61,108 nt of DNA from positions 1-61,108 of IMG/VR virus record IMGVR_UViG_3300046779_001067; one strand, 5' to 3'. Shown piece by piece: positions 54,128-61,108 of the stretch (within the stretch, counting starts at the first letter, position 1; every line of letters starts with the position of its first letter). The notes beneath the pieces are model-generated. The model searched no databases. It saw only the letters and a list, made by a program, of their open reading frames with translations, and had not been told where the DNA came from. The position numbers were made by a program, and so were the translations under genes. The stretch comes from a virus (lineage: Duplodnaviria > Caudoviricetes).

Positions 54128-55351
54128 CTATATCACACTCTGAATGCGCTTCCCTAACCAACGCATACAGGGGACAGCCATACTGTTGCCCAAAGCTTTA
54201 TAGCGTGGTCCATCAGGTGTATCTTTACCGTTAGGTCGTATATCGGTATACCCATCAGGAAATCCCTGGAGTCTTTCCACCTCTGTTGGAGTAAGTCTCC
54301 TCACTACCATATGGTGTGCTACGCCTTGCGTTGCCATCTTATCTAGCGTGTAGGACGGGTCACCCTCTTTACCTATTCCTAAGCCATTCTGACCCTTATC
54401 TATCGGTCTTACGTCCTGAATAGGTATTGGCGCAGTAACGATATCAACTGACCTTATATCGCCAATATCAAAGCAATTAAGCGTATTGGTGACATTGTCA
54501 GGAACCCACGTCTCATAGTCTTCTGTACTCTGCGCTCTACGGGACTTACGGAATGTGTGTTGTACAAGTGGAGTGTTACCTCCACCTGTACCCCATCTCG
54601 CGGCTACTGTAGGGCTAGGGTCAACGGGTCCTGTTACCCTTGAATCGTTAGGGTGATTCTCATACAAATATGATGTATTGACTAAGTTGTAGCATTCGTC
54701 TCCTGCGGGTCCTCCTGTTCCCTTAGCCCACTTTGAAGATACAGTGCCTGTGATAGATGCATCGGCAATTCCTTGCCCCTGCGTTCGGCTCTTTTTATGA
54801 TTCCCTGACAAGCTCTCTGGCTCAAATAGTACTTCTGCTGCACGTCTTGAATCTCCTGAAGAATGTGCGACAAGGAAGATTCTTCTGCGTCTTTGTGGTA
54901 CTCCGAAGTACTGAGCGTCCAGACATCTCCAAGCGAACCCATACCCGATGCTTGCCAACGCCCCGATAAAGGAACCAAAGTCCCGTCCTCCGTTGCTGGA
55001 CAGGACACCGGGGACATTTTCCCAGACAACCCACTCTGGCTTAAAGTGTTCAACCATTCCAACGAAGACGAGTGAGAGGTTTCCCCTTGGGTCTTCAAGT
55101 CCTTTTCTAAGTCCTGCAACGCTGAATGCTTGACAGGGTGTTCCTCCAACGAGAAGGTCAACTGAATCTCCATCGATATCCCATTCCTTATACTTAGTCA
55201 TATCCCCGTAGTTCTTTACGTCAGGATAATGATGAGCCAATACTGAGCTAGGGAAACGCTCTATCTCAGAGAATCCAACAGCCTCCCAGCCTAGTCCCTC
55301 CCACGCTACTGTTGCAGCTTCAATACCACTGCATACAGACAAGTACCTCAT
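54128..55351 (-). CDS. C5-cytosine DNA methyltransferase
   Basis: CSGIEA, GTPCQAFS, ENV, QRRRR, RRLTP.E.ERLQGFP and GNSMAVP motifs. Confidence 0.95.
   Translation of the reverse strand: MRYLSVCSGIEAATVAWEGLGWEAVGFSEIERFPSSVLAHHYPDVKNYGDMTKYKEWDIDGDSVDLLVGGTPCQAFSVAGLRKGLEDPRGNLSLVFVGMVEHFKPEWVVWENVPGVLSSNGGRDFGSFIGALASIGYGFAWRCLDAQYFGVPQRRRRIFLVAHSSGDSRRAAEVLFEPESLSGNHKKSRTQGQGIADASITGTVSSKWAKGTGGPAGDECYNLVNTSYLYENHPNDSRVTGPVDPSPTVAARWGTGGGNTPLVQHTFRKSRRAQSTEDYETWVPDNVTNTLNCFDIGDIRSVDIVTAPIPIQDVRPIDKGQNGLGIGKEGDPSYTLDKMATQGVAHHMVVRRLTPTEVERLQGFPDGYTDIRPNGKDTPDGPRYKALGNSMAVPCMRWLGKRIQSVI
54682..55173 (-). CDS. Overlapping alternative-frame ORF resembling the M.EcoHK31I beta polypeptide
   Basis: 163-aa ORF wholly inside the MTase; SSLSHIL...KYYLSQRACQGIIKRAERRGKELP motif. 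Confidence 0.6.
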   Translation of the reverse strand: MEIQLTFSLEEHPVKHSALQDLEKDLKTQGETSHSSSLEWLNTLSQSGLSGKMSPVSCPATEDGTLVPLSGRWQASGMGSLGDVWTLSTSEYHKDAEESSLSHILQEIQDVQQKYYLSQRACQGIIKRAERRGKELPMHLSQALYLQSGLREQEDPQETNATT

Positions 55352-55353
55352 AC

Positions 55354-55902
55354 CTACCTACCTTTTCTGAATGGGCATTCATCACATAGTGATGTGCAGT
55401 TAGATGCCTGATGTAGTACAGCATTTGCTTCTCGTACTGACATGCCTTCAGGTATCAATAATGGTTCAACTGTATTCTTTGGAAGAGGTTCGCCCCGTAC
55501 TTCTTCCATCAACGTAGTGATAGTCCAATCGTTCTTCTTTGCTATTGTGAGAAGCTCTGTTTGTTTTTCAGGGTCAAGTTTGGCTACAACTCTATGGTGA
55601 GTCCAACTTAGTCCTGGTACACGTCTGTCCTTCGTTACAGACTTGCTTACCCATACATAGTTAGCGAGTGATTGATAAGACTGTCCTGTAACATCACAGG
55701 CTTGTGAGTATCGTTCACCATAACGACTTTCGCCATAGAGGAGTGCATCCCCTATGGCAAATTGAAACGCCGTATCCATCCTGCTGAGAGTACCCATCAG
55801 GGATGACCATTGTTCAAAGGATAACTCCTTTACAACAGCCAACCCTGTTTCACTTATGGATACAGAATCAGTAAGACTACCGATATGTACCACTTCACTC
55901 AT
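55354..55902 (-). CDS. LmbU-like DNA-binding protein
   Basis: FAIGDALLYG..RYGERY...SLANYVWV...LSWTHHRVVA. Confidence 0.65.
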   Translation of the reverse strand: MSEVVHIGSLTDSVSISETGLAVVKELSFEQWSSLMGTLSRMDTAFQFAIGDALLYGESRYGERYSQACDVTGQSYQSLANYVWVSKSVTKDRRVPGLSWTHHRVVAKLDPEKQTELLTIAKKNDWTITTLMEEVRGEPLPKNTVEPLLIPEGMSVREANAVLHQASNCTSLCDECPFRKGR

Positions 55903-56138
55903 AGTTTGAAACCTACAAACATATTGAACTTCTGAGCCAACGTCTTAGGTGTCCTGTCCTTCGTTGCGTAAACCTCTTTTGTAAGGAGGTTGATTGTCTG
56001 GTCTAACTTCTCAAGTACACCTGCGATAGGAAACTGAGGTTGACCAGACTTCAGTTCTTCGTTTACTTGCAGGTAATGAGCCTTAGCCCTAAGTGCAACT
56101 AGCCCTTCAAGCACAACTTCAAGTTCACTTCGTCTCAT
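55899..56138 (-). CDS. Hypothetical protein
   Basis: ORF; start taken at MRRSE after GGAG. Confidence 0.65.
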   Translation of the reverse strand: MRRSELEVVLEGLVALRAKAHYLQVNEELKSGQPQFPIAGVLEKLDQTINLLTKEVYATKDRTPKTLAQKFNMFVGFKL

Positions 56139-56715
56139 CTTTAGGCTCCGTAATTGTCTTGATGGTAACGCTCTCGCCACCTTCCACTACTGTAAAGCCA
56201 AATGACTCAGCACTAGCAGGGTCATTCAACAACTTAGCCTTCACTGGTTCTGGAACCATAGATATCAGTACAGATTCCTGTACCTTTATAGCCTGTGGGC
56301 ATTCCAACTTTGCGAATGCGAGTGCAACGTCTGATGTAGCCACCTTTATCGTTGGTGTAGTCGTACGTTGTGCAATCGTGCCGAATGGACATCGATATGT
56401 TTTAGTGCGTAGGTTGCCATCCTTATCCCTTGGAAGGAGTGTTGTTGCTACCTTGGATGCTTGACCTTCGTACATATCCCTGAGATATTTGACCTTGGAC
56501 TTATGACGCTTGACCATCTTCTCTACGTTACTGAGCAGAGTCTTGTACTTTGCTTCTTCAGCCATAGCCCTGGTCTCAGAGTCAAGAAGGATACGCATAT
56601 ATTTGAGGAGGTCTTCCTCTGTCTCTAGGACTGCTGGCAAGTCTCTACCTGTTGGTCCAGCGTACTCGCCTGTCTCATCGTCAAACAGGTCACCATCAAT
56701 CTCGATGATAGCCAT
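56125..56715 (-). CDS. Gam-like/Gp157-like host-nuclease-inhibitor-type protein
   Basis: DDETGE start, coiled coil, KT...PFGTI..R motif; next to erf. Confidence 0.6.
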   Translation of the reverse strand: MAIIEIDGDLFDDETGEYAGPTGRDLPAVLETEEDLLKYMRILLDSETRAMAEEAKYKTLLSNVEKMVKRHKSKVKYLRDMYEGQASKVATTLLPRDKDGNLRTKTYRCPFGTIAQRTTTPTIKVATSDVALAFAKLECPQAIKVQESVLISMVPEPVKAKLLNDPASAESFGFTVVEGGESVTIKTITEPKDETK

Positions 56716-56729
56716 ACCTACCTACCTTT

Positions 56730-57503
56730 CTACTCGCTTGCTTCTAAGCATCCGGTGATGAATGCATCTGCCTCTGCTTTGTCCTTACACTCCGACAGGC
56801 AATCTGCTACGTGTGTGAGTGAATCCTTTGTGATTGGAACCTCTCCACCTCCAGCTGCAACAGCGTTATGTACGTTCTTCCTGTCAGCCTTAGAAGTTTC
56901 CTTGCCCCACAATCTATCCACCTCAGCGTTGAATCTATCTAGTGGTGCTGGCGCAGATGGCTCAGGTGCTGGCGTAGCCTTTGTTACATCACTGAACTTC
57001 TTAGACTGTTGTGGAGCCTGTGGCTGGCGCAAAGGTTGTTGTGGAGCCTGAGATTGATTCTGGTATCCACTAGCGGTATTCCCATCATCATCATCTTCAC
57101 CGATAGATAGGAGCGCAGACAACGAGTAACGCCTTCCGTACGTAAGACTACCGCCAACTCTATGTGCATCTACTGCCATAGCCTTACCGTTTCGGTCTAC
57201 GTTATTCGTTACAGGTACAACAACACTTGACGCAATCCATTCACCACTAGAGTGAATCAGTTTCGATTCCACCTCTACGGAATTGACTACGCCAGCATCA
57301 TCCTTTGCCACATTGACGATACCTTGCGTCAGGAATAGATTGTGCTGTGACAACACAGGACGTACCGCCAGTAAGATACTGTCAAGCGTGATGTACTTAC
57401 TGCGGAAGATGGGATTGTTACCATCCTTGGCTACGCCATTAATGCCAGCCTGAGCCTTGACTAGGTCAGGTGCAATATTGATAAGTGATTCTGAAGTTTT
57501 CAT
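56730..57503 (-). CDS. erf: ERF-family single-strand annealing protein
   Basis: NPIFRSKY.TL, LIHSSGEWI and GGSLTYGRRYSL...DDDG motifs. Confidence 0.92.
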   Translation of the reverse strand: MKTSESLINIAPDLVKAQAGINGVAKDGNNPIFRSKYITLDSILLAVRPVLSQHNLFLTQGIVNVAKDDAGVVNSVEVESKLIHSSGEWIASSVVVPVTNNVDRNGKAMAVDAHRVGGSLTYGRRYSLSALLSIGEDDDDGNTASGYQNQSQAPQQPLRQPQAPQQSKKFSDVTKATPAPEPSAPAPLDRFNAEVDRLWGKETSKADRKNVHNAVAAGGGEVPITKDSLTHVADCLSECKDKAEADAFITGCLEASE

Positions 57504-57526
57504 AAGTTTCTCCCTTACGTAGAAGT

Positions 57527-58192
57527 CTACCAATCCTTTGCTGTACTGTCAAGTTTACTAAGGAGTATCTCTTCTTCGTCTGGTTCTGGTGCTAGTGCAT
57601 CGATTGCCTGAAGGTCTACTACCTTTCCTGACACGAACTTGAGATAGTTACACTGTCTGTAGAGCTTTGCAATCGGTATGTACTCGATGAAGTGATTTAA
57701 TGTCATCAGCGTATCGACTGGGTCACCTGTCATATCCTTGACCATCTTCATAATGCCTTCGACGTTCTCTGATACAACCTGGCATCGTTCCCCATCGATG
57801 ATTTGATTAATGCTACCTAAGCCTTTGTCTGATAACTGTATGAGCCTATACACAAAGCCTGTCATATCAGGCGTTACTTGACCATCTGGTGCGTCTGTAG
57901 GGCATACGCAAAGCTTGTCTTTGCATCCCATCAGGGATACCTTTCTACCGTTTAGGTTTACGAACTTGTACATAGATACAAGGTCACCTACTGTTATCTC
58001 GTTAGAGTATGCTGTCTCTCCAATCAGGGTAGGTTTAGAGTAAACGATTGCATACCTCCACCCACCTGATTCTTCTTCCTTGATTGTGTATTCGCCTTCG
58101 ATAGTCTCTACGTTTGCGTAGAGTTTGTCTGATGCTTTCATATCGATGACATAAGAATACATATCTATGTCTGGCTTGTTGTAATGTCCCAT
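57527..58192 (-). CDS. Hypothetical protein
   Basis: ORF; start at MGHY after GGAGG. Confidence 0.7.
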   Translation of the reverse strand: MGHYNKPDIDMYSYVIDMKASDKLYANVETIEGEYTIKEEESGGWRYAIVYSKPTLIGETAYSNEITVGDLVSMYKFVNLNGRKVSLMGCKDKLCVCPTDAPDGQVTPDMTGFVYRLIQLSDKGLGSINQIIDGERCQVVSENVEGIMKMVKDMTGDPVDTLMTLNHFIEYIPIAKLYRQCNYLKFVSGKVVDLQAIDALAPEPDEEEILLSKLDSTAKDW

Positions 58193-58584
58193 CCATTTGC
58201 CTCCGCCAGCCTGTAGATTCGGTCTACAGCCAGCCAATTCTCTCTGTTGATTTCTTCCTTGTACACAGTCTTGATAACGTCTGTAATGCTTCTACATATG
58301 GTGACGTAACCAGCTGATGCAATCTCCTTCTGAATCTGCGAAACTACTCCCTTCTCCGCCTTCAGTTCTATGCCTAGTGCCATACTCTTCCAGCATGATG
58401 CCTTTGAGTGTATGTATAAGTCTGGTAGTCCTGGTGTATTACCTTGCCAGCCTGTAGCGTATGAGGATGTACCGCATTTGGTGCATCTAACCTTTGTCCT
58501 TGTCTTGCCAGTCTCAAATACTCGGTAGCCCAGTGTCGTTAGTATTTGTATTACTTGTTTCTGTAGTGCTGCTTCTGGTTTCAA
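58165..58584 (-). CDS. VRR-NUC/PD-(D/E)XK nuclease (possible Holliday junction resolvase)
   Basis: EAALQ...GLPDL...IELKAEKG..S.IQ. Confidence 0.8.
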   Translation of the reverse strand: MKPEAALQKQVIQILTTLGYRVFETGKTRTKVRCTKCGTSSYATGWQGNTPGLPDLYIHSKASCWKSMALGIELKAEKGVVSQIQKEIASAGYVTICRSITDVIKTVYKEEINRENWLAVDRIYRLAEANGWDITTSQT

Positions 58585-59152
58585 GGTTCATTACTTTCCA
58601 AGCGTAATTTGCTACGCTCGCTGTCAAAGGTTTCTTTAGGATGCCTAGTTTACGGAGTGCTGTTCTGAATGCCAGTGGTGATGGCGCACGTTTACACAGT
58701 TCTGTTAGGGATGGGTCGTTCTGAATAATCTCAAACCCATCTACTATTAATGGGCTTCCGTTTACCGGGTCGGTATAAAACTCTGTAAGTTCAGCGTGTT
58801 TCCAGTATATGTAGACCTTATCTACATACTTGGTAACCTTTCCATTCTTTATCGATACATCGTAAAGAACAGCCCATCCATACTCGCCATTAAGGAAATC
58901 GATAATGTCTCGCTTCGTCCAGTGGTGATTGACCTTTCGTACAAAGCGTGATGCTAAGACCTGGACTTTACCTGTCCTACCTTCTTGCATCATCTTGTAT
59001 TGCAATACCCTAGCTTCTGCCCTTGCTTGTTCTTTCGTATGGTGAAACTTGCGGTATGACCCACAACGTACCTGCGTAATTGATGTATGGTTACCTGTGC
59101 CAGTTCGGCTGGCGTGTCTACCTGCTAGAATCTTTCCTCCCTTATCGTTCAT
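58514..59152 (-). CDS. Hypothetical basic protein
   Basis: ORF 58514..59245; start uncertain, MNDK chosen. Confidence 0.6.
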   Translation of the reverse strand: MNDKGGKILAGRHASRTGTGNHTSITQVRCGSYRKFHHTKEQARAEARVLQYKMMQEGRTGKVQVLASRFVRKVNHHWTKRDIIDFLNGEYGWAVLYDVSIKNGKVTKYVDKVYIYWKHAELTEFYTDPVNGSPLIVDGFEIIQNDPSLTELCKRAPSPLAFRTALRKLGILKKPLTASVANYAWKVMNLETRSSTTETSNTNTNDTGLPSI

Positions 59153-59264
59153 GCTGACAACCTTATGAGTGTGAATCCTATAACTAGTATGGTGATACCT
59201 ATAACTAGCTGCCCTAGTAGGATAGAAGCCCATCCTATAAAGCATATGAAACTACCGATTCCCT

Positions 59265-59501
59265 TCAATCGTGTAAGCCTTTCTCTCCCTTTGCGTATGC
59301 AATACCTTTATAGACTATCTTCCACATATGCGTAGTGTCTGCGTTTGTGTAGATGTATTCGGCGATTCGCTTTGCGTCTCTTACTGTTACGCTATTATTC
59401 GCAATCTTGTATTCGTCTGGTGTGAATGCATCGATGTAGCATTCTGGGAACATCTGGCGCAGACGTTCTAACTCTGCGTTGAATAACTTTTGATTGAACA
59501 T
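59265..59501 (-). CDS. Hypothetical early protein (78 aa)
   Basis: ORF with AAGGTAGGT RBS. Confidence 0.8.
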   Translation of the reverse strand: MFNQKLFNAELERLRQMFPECYIDAFTPDEYKIANNSVTVRDAKRIAEYIYTNADTTHMWKIVYKGIAYAKGEKGLHD

Positions 59502-59562
59502 ACTTACCTACCTTGTGGAATGAATACCTGCACCACGAATGATACAGGTATATGCAAACGTA

Positions 59563-60123
59563 TCAGCAACCTATGGATGCTACCAAACGACCAGCGATGT
59601 ATTCCTTGATTTCCTTGCGTGTATATGCACCAGCAAATTCAATCTGGTGAATGATTCGCTGCACACTATCCCTACCATATGTGAATGTAATGCTTTCCAA
59701 ATGCTTGTTCTTATCGAACTGGAATAGACCATAGTTATGGATGCCACCATTCCCATAGACTGAGATTTCTAAGTCTATAGAATTGCTTTCTGGGTCATAC
59801 AATCCTACGCTTACAGATTCAATATCTAGGATGTGCTTCCAGAACATAGCACGTATATCATCAAAGTCTATAGAGTAACGCTTGATGCCATATTGTGCAT
59901 AAACAGCATCTGCTACATTATCGATATGCTCATTCCATACCGTATCAGCACCAGACATAACACCGATGGTGTTAGGTAACTCCATCACCTGGTGCTTATC
60001 ACCATCTACGAATGCGTGGTAAAGCTTGAAAGGGATACTTTCACGCTGGCATACCTGTACCTGCTCCAGCATATCGGATGCCGAAATTTGGTCGATATCG
60101 ACCGATTCAATTCTGATGTCCAT
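59563..60123 (-). CDS. Variant copy of 167..727
   Basis: Near-identical protein. Confidence 0.85.
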   Translation of the reverse strand: MDIRIESVDIDQISASDMLEQVQVCQRESIPFKLYHAFVDGDKHQVMELPNTIGVMSGADTVWNEHIDNVADAVYAQYGIKRYSIDFDDIRAMFWKHILDIESVSVGLYDPESNSIDLEISVYGNGGIHNYGLFQFDKNKHLESITFTYGRDSVQRIIHQIEFAGAYTRKEIKEYIAGRLVASIGC

Positions 60124-60138
60124 AACTACCTACCTTTG

Positions 60139-60456
60139 CTAAACCTTTGCGCTATCCCATACCGCAATAAGAATGTCTGCGTCTGAGTATTCTTCGGTAT
60201 TCTGTAAGTCTGCTACTAGTCTGATAAATTCTCGCTGCCATATCTCAGCGTTACCAAGCTGTTTGCATTTGTATAAATCGAATACCATATCAACGAATTG
60301 TTGTACAGACATAACTGTTGCGTAATTCTTTATGTCTGGAAGTCTGATGTAAATGGATGCTATTACATCATCCATTGATAACTTGTACCCACCGATAGCA
60401 ATTACCTTTGCCAAACTCACCAATTCAACATTTGAGAATGTCTTAGATGTGTCCAT
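60139..60456 (-). CDS. Hypothetical protein present only in the right repeat copy (105 aa)
   Basis: ORF bounded by the 17-bp direct repeat TGTCCATAACTACCTAC (60117-60133, 60450-60466). Confidence 0.85.
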   Translation of the reverse strand: MDTSKTFSNVELVSLAKVIAIGGYKLSMDDVIASIYIRLPDIKNYATVMSVQQFVDMVFDLYKCKQLGNAEIWQREFIRLVADLQNTEEYSDADILIAVWDSAKV

Positions 60457-60462
60457 AACTAC

Positions 60463-60666
60463 CTACTCCTGGATACATTCGTTGTCGTTGCCTATATGCT
60501 CTTCGATGATTTCCCCATCATCATCTACCAGTGTTACCGATTCTCCTGATACTCTTCCGTACCCGATAACTGATAGTGTACGGTATGTAAAGTATTGATG
60601 CTTTGCTGCCTTAAGAGTGTCATACGTTCCAATTGTGCCGACATTACCGACGATAAGTGTATACAT
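60463..60666 (-). CDS. Variant copy of 738..941
   Basis: Same length, several amino-acid differences. Confidence 0.85.
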   Translation of the reverse strand: MYTLIVGNVGTIGTYDTLKAAKHQYFTYRTLSVIGYGRVSGESVTLVDDDGEIIEEHIGNDNECIQE

Positions 60667-60672
60667 AACTAC

Positions 60673-60927
60673 CTATTCTCCTACCTCTGCTTCGTCGCAG
60701 ACTGTCGCAAAAATGATGATGTTAGTCCCTTTAGGGAATTCGATTGTGAGTGTGTCGTTACTCCAGAAATAGTAACGATGTGGGTATGTGATGCCTAGCG
60801 TACGCTTGACCTTGCGAACAACAGCAGTATCGCTACCTTTACCTGTATGGGTTACAGTCTTACGAACAACCCAGCTATAGTTAGCGTTACCTGCGTCTGT
60901 ATCTGTCATTTCAATATTGAGATTCAT
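60673..60927 (-). CDS. Variant copy of 948..1202
   Basis: Near-identical protein. Confidence 0.85.
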   Translation of the reverse strand: MNLNIEMTDTDAGNANYSWVVRKTVTHTGKGSDTAVVRKVKRTLGITYPHRYYFWSNDTLTIEFPKGTNIIIFATVCDEAEVGE

Positions 60928-61108
60928 ACCTACCTGCCTTTCATGACTAGTATACTATATTGTACGGTAGTAGGTAGTGTGAGATATTCCACACTACCTA
61001 CCTTTCTATGAGACTTCCCCAATCACCGATACGTATCTTTCCATTCACACGTAGGATTGTTGTAGCGTATGTATCACCCATATTGACGTATGCAATGGTG
61101 CGATTTCT

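Larger units (their letters stand above)
59397..61108. repeat. Right copy of terminal redundancy, with an extra 333-bp gene unit
   Basis: Aligns to 1..1383; offset 59396 before and 59725 after the insertion. Confidence 0.95.

Overview
This looks like an essentially complete ~59.4-59.7 kb tailed dsDNA phage genome. It is probably podovirus-like (portal, capsid, adaptors, nozzle and three ejection-type proteins including a 3756-aa giant; no tape measure), with no integrase, DNA polymerase or tRNA that I could recognise. The ends overlap (1..1383 ~ 59397..61108), but the two copies are diverged and the right copy carries one extra gene. Layout: minus-strand array of small early genes (59.2 kb-end and 1-5.7 kb); mixed nucleotide-metabolism, methylation and regulatory block (6.2-14.3 kb); plus-strand packaging, structural and lysis block (14.3-49.2 kb); minus-strand replication and recombination block (49.2-59.2 kb). 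The most striking unexplained feature is a candidate ~90-nt small RNA at 11714-11803 (- strand) with its own promoter, 5' stem-loop and terminator. Its two single-stranded segments (AUACCUACCUACCUACCUC and UACCUUUCAU) are complementary to an unusual ribosome-binding-site motif (UGAAAGGUAGGUAGGUAUG) shared by many early and middle genes. I infer a one-RNA/many-target translational switch. Other notable items: a repeated covarying hairpin family in early intergenic spacers, a second structured non-coding RNA candidate at 6840-7100, a duplicate copy of the replication iterons at 9.1 kb, three DUF2829/Tad2-like paralogues, and an overlapping alternative-frame gene inside the C5 methyltransferase. 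All family calls come from motif recognition by eye; no searches were run.
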